Both the position numbers and the translations under genes were made by a program. The notes below the pieces were generated by a model. The model ran no database searches, was not told the DNA's origin, and saw only the letters and a program-made list of their open reading frames with translations. This document shows positions 20,156 through 28,235 of a stretch of DNA of 64,000 bases, piece by piece. The stretch's first letter is position 1, and each line of letters opens with the position of its first letter. Source of the DNA: Candidatus Multivoradales bacterium (GTDB lineage Bacteria; Acidobacteriota; Thermoanaerobaculia; Multivoradales; JAHEKO01); NCBI GenBank assembly GCA_965223855.1, contig CBDCXM010000008.1, forward strand, positions 256,001 to 320,000, read 5' to 3'.

Positions 20156-20340
20156 CTAGCTAGTTCTTCTCACGCCGCTCCGGCCTGGTGGGTCGTAGGT
20201 TGCCGAAGATCCGAGGCCTACGGTCGCGAGCACCACAGGCGTAGCCGTAGCTACGTCGAGGAGCACAGCGACCGGAGAACGAAGTAGATTCAGTGACATA
20301 CGGCCTACCGAGGTGAGGCGGCGGGAGAAGGACGGGCTAG
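20156..20340. mobile_element. 185-bp MITE-like element, copy 1
   Basis: Reverse-complement match to 46503-46687; imperfect terminal inverted repeats of about 22 bp that begin and end in CTAG. Confidence 0.85.
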
Positions 20341-22920
20341 AAGCAGATCGATGTCATCGAGCCAGTCGCTCTCGGGGTGTCGATCTCGCAGCTCCCGGAA
20401 GGTCGCCGAGGCTGCCTCGACGTCGCCCAGCCGGTAGAGGCTCTCACCCCAGCGGAACCAAGCTTCGGCTACGTACGGATGGCGGGGGTAGTCGATCGCG
20501 AAGCGGCGCGACCATTCCCGCGCCGACCTCCAGTTGCCGTCCGAGGCGTCGCAACGGGCCAGATGGATGACCCCTTCGAGGGCATGCCTCGACGCCGGGA
20601 AGTCCTCCACGATCGAAGCGAACTTCGGCCAGGCCGGCGCGCAACCCTCCTCGCGGTAGAGACTCATCGCCTCATCGAGCCGCCGATCCTCGGTAGGGAC
20701 CTCCCACGGGGCGCACGCCAAGATCATCGCCAGGCCATAGCTCCCCAGAAGGCAACCGCGCAGAACACTCTCGACCGACGCCGCCACCCACCGGGAGTGC
20801 CCCTCCCGCCCGCCACCCCGCCGGCGCCGGAGGATGAGGCCGACCACCAGGACCGACACGACGGAGATCGAGAGTCCGGCGATCTCGACTCCCGTCCGCT
20901 CGAATCGCAGCTCGAGCTGCCGGGATCGAGGAACGACCAGCATCAGACTCGGCGCCGCCAGATGCACGGCACTGCCGTCCGACGCCCGCCAACGCGGGTG
21001 ATAGGAGACCTTCACCAGAAGCGGATGACCCGGCGTTTCGGTTTCGAGCCGGATCGACCGGCGCCCGAGGCGGGCGCTCGCCCGCGGCGGCGACGGGAAA
21101 GGGACGCCGTCCCAGAAGTCGGGCAGCTCCCTGACCTTGCGACCGAGCTCGGACGCGCCCGGAGTGCCGCTCCAGACCAGAGGCCTCGAAGTCCAACCAT
21201 CACGCCGGAACCAGCGGTAGCTCGCCCCCTTCCAGTCGGCCAGCGGCGCGTCGATCACCAGCGGCCTCTGCTCCAGCGGCTCCACGTAGCGGGGAGGCTC
21301 CCCTTTCAGGCGGTAGACCGAGTACGGGGGGACCCGGGAGACGAGCTCGTAGCTCGACGAACTCTCGTAGGCGTCGATCGCACGATCGCTGCGCACGATC
21401 ACCTCGCCCGCCGCGAAGGTTCGCAGTCGTGGTGCCGCACCGTCCGGGTCGAGCCAGGAACAGCCGAAGTTGGGGAACGGGCACGACTGGAGGCTCGAAA
21501 TCTGACTCTGCAACAGGAAGAGGAACGGCGAGCTCAGAGAGGACTGGCCGTACAGGCCCTCGAGTGTGGCCCTGCCGGAGAAACGCGGCACACTCTCGAA
21601 GGCCCGGATCGTGCCGACGGTGTCGTAGAGCGGTGAGTGCTCCCAGGCGACTCGCGAGTCTCCGAGGTCACCCCTGACCTCCTCCATCACGCGCGAGAAC
21701 TCCGCCCATCCCGGAGCCCCCTCGAACCCGCGGTAGTTCCAGTCGGCCCAGCCGGGGATCCGCGAGGGCGCCATCACTTGGCCGACCGCCACGGCGAGGA
21801 AGGCGATCCAGGTCAGGAGCAGCGGCGCCCGGCTCGCCTCCGCGATCCTCCCGAGGGCACACGCCCCGAGCAGGACCAGCGCAAGCTGGCCGAAGGGCGG
21901 GAACCTGATGTCGACCAGCCCGAGAAACCAGGCGGCGCGAAAGAGCACGAAGGACACCAGCGGCGTCACGAGAAGCGGCAACAACCATCCATCCTGCTTC
22001 CGGATTCTTCCCCACCCGCACAGGGCGACGACTCCCCAACCGACGGCGAGCAGCATCCACGGGACGAGGGAGGGCGGCAGCACCGAACCCCAGCCGGTCG
22101 AGCCCCACTCGTCACCGTACGCCGTGCCGTACGGAGCATAGGCGAGCGAGGGCACGAGCCAGAACGCGGTGAGCCCGAGCCCGAGAACGACGGTGCCCGC
22201 AGCCCGTACCGCGCCTCGCGGCACCACCAGCAGGAAGGCGGGGGCCACCGCCATCGCCACCACGAAGGGGTAACCGTGAGAGAGGGCCAGTCCGGCGAGC
22301 GCCGACGCCGGCCAGACGACGGACTCCCGTTCACGGAGACAGCGGCCGAGGAGCCCGAGGAAGAGCAGAAACCAGACGACTCCGTGGGAGTAGGCGAACT
22401 CGCCGGCCAGCACACTGAGGAGATTGCCGCCCCACACCACGTGACTCTCGTGCAGCAGAAAGGCGACCGCTCCGACCGCGCCGCACAGCGCCACGATCCG
22501 GGACTGCCCGAGCCACCTGAGGCAGCACCAGGCAGCTGGTGGGAGAGCGAAAACACCGACGAGCGAACCCAGGTTGAACGCCGTCTCCGGCCCCAGGACC
22601 GGCGCCGCCGCCGCCATGAGCAGGAACGGCAGCGGGAAGTACGGCTGGAAGAGCGGGAAGCCTGCCAACGCTTCCGGCATCCAATCGAGCAGCCGCCCCT
22701 CCGGCAGCGACTCCAGAAGATGCAGCAGCGTCTGGTAGTGAGAGGCGAGGTCCCCTCCGGTCGCCGCACGGCCGCTGAAGATGGCACCGCCCACGACCGC
22801 CAGCAGCAGCAGCTCGAGCGCTGCCAGCAGGGCGAGGTGGGGCGTCATCCCTTGGGCGAGCCTCTGCCCCGGGACCGGCTTTCCGGGCGTGGGCTTGCCC
22901 AGACTAGGCTTGCCCGGCAT
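20305..22920 (-). CDS. PTPS-related (6-pyruvoyl-tetrahydropterin synthase-related) multi-TM protein, GT-C/YfhO-like, with C-terminal TPR
   Basis: GGDLASH, WMPEALAGFPLFQPYFPLP, GEFAYS, LTAFWLVP, KVSYHPRW, terminal TPR helices; start uncertain (22920 or 22848). Confidence 0.75.
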   Translation of the reverse strand: MPGKPSLGKPTPGKPVPGQRLAQGMTPHLALLAALELLLLAVVGGAIFSGRAATGGDLASHYQTLLHLLESLPEGRLLDWMPEALAGFPLFQPYFPLPFLLMAAAAPVLGPETAFNLGSLVGVFALPPAAWCCLRWLGQSRIVALCGAVGAVAFLLHESHVVWGGNLLSVLAGEFAYSHGVVWFLLFLGLLGRCLRERESVVWPASALAGLALSHGYPFVVAMAVAPAFLLVVPRGAVRAAGTVVLGLGLTAFWLVPSLAYAPYGTAYGDEWGSTGWGSVLPPSLVPWMLLAVGWGVVALCGWGRIRKQDGWLLPLLVTPLVSFVLFRAAWFLGLVDIRFPPFGQLALVLLGACALGRIAEASRAPLLLTWIAFLAVAVGQVMAPSRIPGWADWNYRGFEGAPGWAEFSRVMEEVRGDLGDSRVAWEHSPLYDTVGTIRAFESVPRFSGRATLEGLYGQSSLSSPFLFLLQSQISSLQSCPFPNFGCSWLDPDGAAPRLRTFAAGEVIVRSDRAIDAYESSSSYELVSRVPPYSVYRLKGEPPRYVEPLEQRPLVIDAPLADWKGASYRWFRRDGWTSRPLVWSGTPGASELGRKVRELPDFWDGVPFPSPPRASARLGRRSIRLETETPGHPLLVKVSYHPRWRASDGSAVHLAAPSLMLVVPRSRQLELRFERTGVEIAGLSISVVSVLVVGLILRRRRGGGREGHSRWVAASVESVLRGCLLGSYGLAMILACAPWEVPTEDRRLDEAMSLYREEGCAPAWPKFASIVEDFPASRHALEGVIHLARCDASDGNWRSAREWSRRFAIDYPRHPYVAEAWFRWGESLYRLGDVEAASATFRELRDRHPESDWLDDIDLLLARPSPAASPR

Positions 22921-22969
22921 TGGCGTCGAAGGGGTGACTCCCTGGCTCAAGGCGACCCCGTGCCGCCGC

Positions 22970-23758
22970 TCAGCGCCGACGGAACTGAAGGAGGGCGAAG
23001 GCCGCGACACTCCCCGCCAGCGCCGCCAGCAGTGCCCAGGTGAGCCACGGCCGTTGCGGTGGAGCGACAATCGTCAACGTCGTCCCGACGACCCGGGTGA
23101 TCGAGCGGCCCTCTGCCTTCGTCTCGACGAGCGCAAAGATCGGATAGCTGCTGCCGGCAAGACCGCTGCGATTGCGAATCGAAACCGCTATGTCGGCCGA
23201 TCGAAGGGGGCCCAGCTCCACCCGCGAAGGCTCGCCGAACTCGAGCTCGTCGGGAGCCCACCACGAGATCGTCGCCGAACGCGCCTCGTCGACCCGGCTC
23301 ACGAGGTTGGCGACCGCGCGCCCCCGAGTCGCGAGAGGTGAGGCCTCGAACGTGCCGGCGACCGGCGGCTCGACGCTCCCGTCGATCACTGCCTCCAGCG
23401 CCGACACCGCGCTGAGGGCATAGTCGTTGGCGTCGCGATATCGCACCCTCAAGAGCACGGCGACCCGAGCCGCCGCAGGGAGCGCCTCCTCGAAGGAGCG
23501 CACCTCCTCCGCACCGGGAGAGAGGTCGGTCGCCTCCCAGGAGTGAGTCGCGTCGCCGATGCGAAGCTCGAGGCGCGGCGCGACCGCAGCCTCCTCACCG
23601 CTGTTGCGAACGCTGGCGAGGCACTCGAACATCGCCTCCGACGGCGTACAGCTCAGCGCGAGATCGAGGGAGATCCGCCCGGCGCTCGCGGTGGCGGGCA
23701 ACGTCGCCGCGACGGCGACGAGCCATCCCGCCACTCGCCCGGCGCGACGGGCGTCCAT
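22970..23758 (-). CDS. Secreted protein with Ig-like beta domains and a C-terminal membrane anchor
   Basis: Signal peptide ending TASA, beta-rich VRNSG/IRNRSG modules, C-terminal TM helix plus RRR. Confidence 0.65.
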   Translation of the reverse strand: MDARRAGRVAGWLVAVAATLPATASAGRISLDLALSCTPSEAMFECLASVRNSGEEAAVAPRLELRIGDATHSWEATDLSPGAEEVRSFEEALPAAARVAVLLRVRYRDANDYALSAVSALEAVIDGSVEPPVAGTFEASPLATRGRAVANLVSRVDEARSATISWWAPDELEFGEPSRVELGPLRSADIAVSIRNRSGLAGSSYPIFALVETKAEGRSITRVVGTTLTIVAPPQRPWLTWALLAALAGSVAAFALLQFRRR

Positions 23759-23783
23759 TGAACGGCGTCCCTCCACCCGGCCG

Positions 23784-24596
23784 TCAGGGGCAGACGGCGC
23801 CGTCGTTGCACCAGTCGAGCACGGTCTGACAGTCCGAACCGCTACAGCCGGTTCCGGAAATGTCGAACTGGTTGTGCTCCAGGCCGCCGTGCGCACAGCC
23901 ATTCGTCGCGGGCTTGCAGACGATCTCGCTGACCATCATGTTGCACGAACCGGTGTCGAGACGGCTCAGGATGTTGTTGCAGGCCGCCGAGGGCGTGGTG
24001 TCGAGCAGCAGATTGCCCGACGGACTCCCACCGGTGTGGCAATCGATGCACTGATTCTCACCGGTCGGGAGCGGAGGCCGGCCTTCCGACCACAGTGGAT
24101 GCACGTCCAGGGTGTAGTCCGTTCCCATGGTCGTGGTCGTAGTGGTCGTGGTGGTGGTCGTCGTTGTGGTCGTCGTCGTGGTGGTCGTAGTGGTTGTGGT
24201 CGTGCTCGTCGTGCTCGTCGAAGACGTCGAGCTGGTGCTCGATGAGGTGGTCGACGAGGTGCTCGAGGTCGTGCCGGTGGTGGACGTCGTCGCTGTGGTC
24301 GACGTGGTCCCGGTCGTGGAAGTCGTCGCCGTCGTGGTGGTCGTCGTGGACGTGGTCGACGTAGTGCTCGTCGAGGTCGACGAAGTCGACGTGGAGGTCG
24401 AGGCCGTCGTCGTCGTGGTCGTGGTGGTCGTCGTCGTGGTGGTGGTCGTCGTCGTGGTCGTGCTGGTCACGTTCGGATCACCGGCCGGGGTCGGGTCCGT
24501 CGGCGATCGACGCTTGCTGTTGCAGCCCGGCCCCGCAAGGGCGACGACGAGGACGCACAAGACGAGCGTCCAGAGTGGGAGATGCGATCTTTCCAA
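23784..24596 (-). CDS. Lipoprotein with about 110-residue Thr/Ser stalk and C-terminal Cys-rich monoheme cytochrome c-like domain
   Basis: Hydrophobic stretch plus LAGPGC; poly-Thr; CIDCH; KP...HGG...W..DGA pattern of planctomycete-type cytochrome c domains; TTG start chosen downstream of an extended -10. Confidence 0.75.
   Translation of the reverse strand: MERSHLPLWTLVLCVLVVALAGPGCNSKRRSPTDPTPAGDPNVTSTTTTTTTTTTTTTTTTTTTASTSTSTSSTSTSTTSTTSTTTTTTATTSTTGTTSTTATTSTTGTTSSTSSTTSSSTSSTSSTSTTSTTTTTTTTTTTTTTTTTTTTTTTTTMGTDYTLDVHPLWSEGRPPLPTGENQCIDCHTGGSPSGNLLLDTTPSAACNNILSRLDTGSCNMMVSEIVCKPATNGCAHGGLEHNQFDISGTGCSGSDCQTVLDWCNDGAVCP
24129..24468 (-). repeat. Low-complexity Thr/Ser codon tract
   Basis: Mixed ACC/ACG/ACA/ACT and Ser codons, not a perfect microsatellite. 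Confidence 0.9.
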
Positions 24597-24637
24597 GAGT
24601 TCGATCTTTCGTTGACGGACTTCCGGGGCCTCGACTA

Positions 24638-24646
24638 TTGTAACAA
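24638..24646 (-). promoter_or_regulatory. Extended -10 element (TGtTACAAT) for the poly-Thr lipoprotein operon
   Basis: ATTGTAACA on the plus strand in the divergent intergenic region. Confidence 0.5.
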
Positions 24647-24730
24647 CCAAGCCGTTGCCAGCAACTATCCTGCACGTAGGCCCCGATCGCCGGAGCCTCG
24701 ACGAAGAATCGACATGAGTAGGGGGCTCCC

Positions 24731-26059
24731 GTGAGACGAACCATCCAAGTTGCCGTGATTCTGGGCCTGCTGGGCACGGCGGGCATCGCGCACGGCCAGC
24801 AGTCCGAGCTGGCCTTCGTCATCCAGAACCTGTTCGGCACCATCGAACTCGACAACGACTTTCACGAGGCCCACTTCTCGGGCGAACAGCAGCTCGAGCT
24901 GATCAACGACACCTTCGTCGCCGCCTTCGCACCGGCGCTGACAACGCTCCCGGTCGGTTCGCCCGGCGGCGGCTTCGCCTACAACTACGACCCGGACACC
25001 GGCGTCTTCACGCGGGCCAGTGAGTCCTTCGGCTCGCTCTTCTCGGAGCGTGCTCTGACGATCGGCCGCGGCAAGTGGAACATCGGTCTCTCGGCCCAGT
25101 CGGTCGAGTTCGACGACTACGGCTCGATCGAGCTGTCGCGGCGCGGCGTCAACTTCCAGCTCCTCCATCTCGACACCGGCGAGAACGGCCGGCTCAATCC
25201 GTTCTTCGAGGGCGATGTCATCTCGACTCAGATGCAGGTCGATCTCGCGACCGACTCGACGGTGCTGGTCGTGACCTACGGCGTCACCGACAAGTTCGAC
25301 GTCTCGTTCGCCGTGCCGCAGGTCGAGACGCAGCTCGACGTCGAAGCTCGCCTCGACATCCTGCGGCTCTCCAGTGACGAGCTCGGGTCGGCGATCCACG
25401 GCTTCAATCTCAACGACCCGAACCTTCAGGTACTCAACGAAGACTCGGCCATCGCACGCAGCTCCGCCAGCGCATCCGGAATCGGAGACGTCCTCGTGCG
25501 TGGCAAGTACCGCTTCCGCGACGCCCCCGGCGGCGGCATGGCCGCAGGAGTCGATCTGCGGCTGGCGACCGGCGACGAGCGCAAGCTCCTCGGCACCGGC
25601 GGCACCCAGGTCAAGATGTTCCTGATCGGCAGCCGCGAGTTCGGCAGGTTCGCCCCCTTGTTCAACCTCGGCTACACCTTCTCCGGCGTCGGCGGCCAGG
25701 TGCTCGACACCCTGCCGGACGAGATCAACTACTCGGTCGGTTTCGCGATCGCCGCCGGCCAGCGCTTCACCATCAACGGCGACCTCGTCGGCCGCCGCCT
25801 GCTCGACGCCCCCGGCCTTCGGCAGTCGAGCGACGACTTCTTCTTCGCCATGAGCAACGGCGGCGAGGTGTTCGACACCCGGCTGCCGACCGTCGATCGC
25901 ACCATCGACGACCAGGACATCTCCTTCGGCTCCATCGGCTTCCGCCTCAACCCGAAGGGCTCGCTGCTGATCTCCGCCAACGCGATCTTCTCGCTCTCCG
26001 ACGACGGCCTGATCGACCAGGACGTCATCCCGGTCTTCTCGATCGACTACAGCTTCTAG
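24731..26059 (+). CDS. Outer-membrane beta-barrel protein (MetA-pathway/'transporter'-like)
   Basis: Signal peptide (AHG-Q), amphipathic strands, SGIGDVLVRGKYRF, LATGD...LGTG, C-terminal Phe (IDYSF). Confidence 0.8.
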   Translation: MRRTIQVAVILGLLGTAGIAHGQQSELAFVIQNLFGTIELDNDFHEAHFSGEQQLELINDTFVAAFAPALTTLPVGSPGGGFAYNYDPDTGVFTRASESFGSLFSERALTIGRGKWNIGLSAQSVEFDDYGSIELSRRGVNFQLLHLDTGENGRLNPFFEGDVISTQMQVDLATDSTVLVVTYGVTDKFDVSFAVPQVETQLDVEARLDILRLSSDELGSAIHGFNLNDPNLQVLNEDSAIARSSASASGIGDVLVRGKYRFRDAPGGGMAAGVDLRLATGDERKLLGTGGTQVKMFLIGSREFGRFAPLFNLGYTFSGVGGQVLDTLPDEINYSVGFAIAAGQRFTINGDLVGRRLLDAPGLRQSSDDFFFAMSNGGEVFDTRLPTVDRTIDDQDISFGSIGFRLNPKGSLLISANAIFSLSDDGLIDQDVIPVFSIDYSF

Positions 26060-26083
26060 GAGGGCGTCAGCCCCGAAGAACCC

Positions 26084-26109
26084 AGGCGGCCCCGCGGGGC
26101 CGCCTTTTT
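26084..26109 (+). terminator. Rho-independent terminator
   Basis: AGGCGGCCC-loop-GGGCCGCC followed by TTTTT. Confidence 0.85.
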
Positions 26110-26159
26110 CCTGTAGCCGAGGCCGGGTGCCGCGAGAGCAGAACCGGCGACTAAGCCAG

Positions 26160-26391
26160 CGTCGAACCTCCGCCTCACGAGCGAAGCGAGTGAGCCACCG
26201 AGGGAATCGCTCCTGAGCACGCACCTGCGCGTGCGACGACCGATCCCCGTCTCCCGCTCCATGAGCGGCAGCGGCTCGTTGAACTCCGTCTCACGAGCGA
26301 AGCGAGTGAACCACCAAGGGAATCGCTCCTGAGCACGCGCCTGCGCGTGCGACGACCGATTCCCGTCTCTCGCTCCATGAGCGGCAGCGAA
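26160..26391. repeat. Two tandem 116-bp units, each containing an inverted copy of the tRNA-Gly 3' end
   Basis: TCACGAGCGAAGCGAGTGA at 26175 and 26291; tRNA-complementary segments at 26241-26262 and 26357-26378. Confidence 0.92.
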
Positions 26392-26466
26392 TGGAGCGGG
26401 AGACGGGAATCGAACCCGCGACCAACGGCTTGGAAGGCCGAGACTCTACCACTGAGTTACTCCCGC
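26392..26466 (-). tRNA. tRNA-Gly (TCC)
   Basis: GCGGGAGTAACTCAG...CTTCCAAG...GGTTCGATTCCC...CGCTCCA. Confidence 0.97.
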
Positions 26467-26582
26467 GATCGGCGACCGCCATGGTGGGCGGCGACCGCCG
26501 CCGAGCGGACTTTACCACCCCGCGAAGGAACCGAGCGGCGACCGCCCGGCAAGGACGGGGCCCTTGCTAGGTTAAGCCTCCG

Positions 26583-28235
26583 ATGCCTCGAAGCCTTACC
26601 AGCACGGCCGCCATCCTCGGCGCCCTCGCCCTGTCGACGAGCTTGTCGAACGCAACCGATGAGGCAGGCTCCTCGGTGTCGGACGACCTGCGCTGCCACG
26701 TCCTCGCGCCCCTCGTGGCCGGCGATGGCCTACCCGAAGTCGAAGCTTCGAAGCCCACCGCTGAACCGGGCCCCGAAGACCTGCTGCGCACCGTACGCAG
26801 CCGGCTCGTCGACTACGAGCTCGCCGAGGAAGCCAGGCGATCGGGCTTCGACGCGACGCCGGAGGTGGCCGAACTCCTTTCCCGTGTGAGAAGACGACAC
26901 CTCGTAGAATCAGCGGAAGCCTCCTTCGTCTCCGAGCGGACGATCGGCGACGACGAGATCCAGACCTACTTCGCCGCCCATCCGCAACGCTTCTCGATCG
27001 ACGAGCGCATCGCCACGCGCTTCCTGATGCTCAAGCTGCCGCCCGAGGCGTCGGCCGAGGCCGTCGACGCGACGCGGCGTCGTCTGGAGGACCTGAGGGA
27101 GAGAATCGTCGCCGGAGAGAGATTCACCGACCTCGCCCGGGAGCACAGCGAGGCCGAGAACGCACGGCGCGGCGGGGCGGTTCAGGCGAGCCCTCGCGGC
27201 ACCCTGCTCGAAGAGTACGAGGCGGCCGCCTGGGAGCTCCAGCCGGGTGAGGTGAGCGACATCGTCGAGCTTCCCGGAGGGCTGGCGTTGATCCTGCTCG
27301 ACGCTCGATTCCCGGCGCGCACCCTCGAGCTCGACGCGGCTCGGCCGCGGATCGAAGCGGAGCTGCGCGATCTGGAGCGGGAGCGACGCCGAAGCGAAGC
27401 GCTCGCGGAGGCCGAACGTCGCTGGCCCCTCCGACGGGACGACGAGGCGAAGACGGTCACCCTCGGAGAGCGCACGCTGACCTTCGAGGAGCTCGGCGTC
27501 GGCGGCCGGCCGCCGCGCTTCGAGGAACGGCTTCAGGCGGCGATCGACGAGCAGCGCCTCGCCCGCTGGGCGCTCGAGTCGGGGGTTGCGGACACGCCGG
27601 AGACCAAAGCACGCTGGAGCAGCGTCGCCGACCGCCTGCTGGCGGGCGAGCTCCTGCGCGCCTCCGCGCGACGCTCGGAGCTCGCTGCAGAGCCGGCCGA
27701 CGAGGCGCGGCTGCGGGCGATGTACGAGCGCCGCGGCGCGAGCCTCGCCGGTCCCGAGCTGCGGGAGTTCGAGGTCGCCTTCGTCGCGGCCGCGAGCGGT
27801 CGGCTGCGCCCCGCTCATGCCGAGGCGACGCGAATCGCCACCGCCTGGCGGGAAGGCTTCCCTCCTCCGCCAGAGACCCTCGAGCGCTGGGGTCCGCTGC
27901 CGAGGAAGCTCCTCGGCAACCGCGTCTCACCCGCCGTCGCCGCTGCCGCCTTCGGGCTGTCAGAGGGCGAAATCAGCCCCGTGCTCCGCATGGAGCGCTA
28001 CGTCCCCGAGCGGGCCCGCTTCGAGCCCGAGGGGTTCATCGTCCTGCGGCTCGTGGCGAAGACGAGTCCCCACCCCCCGACCTACGAGGAGGCGCGACCG
28101 GGGCTCGAGGACGAGCTGCTCGCCGGGCGGATCGACGACAGGGTGCGGCGGCTGCGCGACGAGCGCGGGGCCGCGATCGCGGTGGAAGCGATCCTCGCCG
28201 GTTGCGGGATCACCCTTCCGGCCGGGTTGCGGTAG
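26583..28235 (+). CDS. Secreted PpiC/parvulin-type peptidyl-prolyl isomerase (SurA/PrsA-like chaperone)
   Basis: Signal peptide; FTDLAREHSE...RRGG; AAWELQPGEVSDIV; degenerate second rotamase domain. Confidence 0.8.
   Translation: MPRSLTSTAAILGALALSTSLSNATDEAGSSVSDDLRCHVLAPLVAGDGLPEVEASKPTAEPGPEDLLRTVRSRLVDYELAEEARRSGFDATPEVAELLSRVRRRHLVESAEASFVSERTIGDDEIQTYFAAHPQRFSIDERIATRFLMLKLPPEASAEAVDATRRRLEDLRERIVAGERFTDLAREHSEAENARRGGAVQASPRGTLLEEYEAAAWELQPGEVSDIVELPGGLALILLDARFPARTLELDAARPRIEAELRDLERERRRSEALAEAERRWPLRRDDEAKTVTLGERTLTFEELGVGGRPPRFEERLQAAIDEQRLARWALESGVADTPETKARWSSVADRLLAGELLRASARRSELAAEPADEARLRAMYERRGASLAGPELREFEVAFVAAASGRLRPAHAEATRIATAWREGFPPPPETLERWGPLPRKLLGNRVSPAVAAAAFGLSEGEISPVLRMERYVPERARFEPEGFIVLRLVAKTSPHPPTYEEARPGLEDELLAGRIDDRVRRLRDERGAAIAVEAILAGCGITLPAGLR

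Noticed and set aside
22860-22920. GKPSLGKPTPGKPVPG short repeat
   Set aside because: Three degenerate 15-bp units near an uncertain start codon; may not be translated and has no supportable function
24127-24615. Poly-Val ORF on the plus strand
   Set aside because: It is the antisense shadow of the Thr-rich lipoprotein
26160-26391. CRISPR array interpretation of the tandem repeats
   Set aside because: Only two near-identical 116-bp units, no unique spacers and no cas genes
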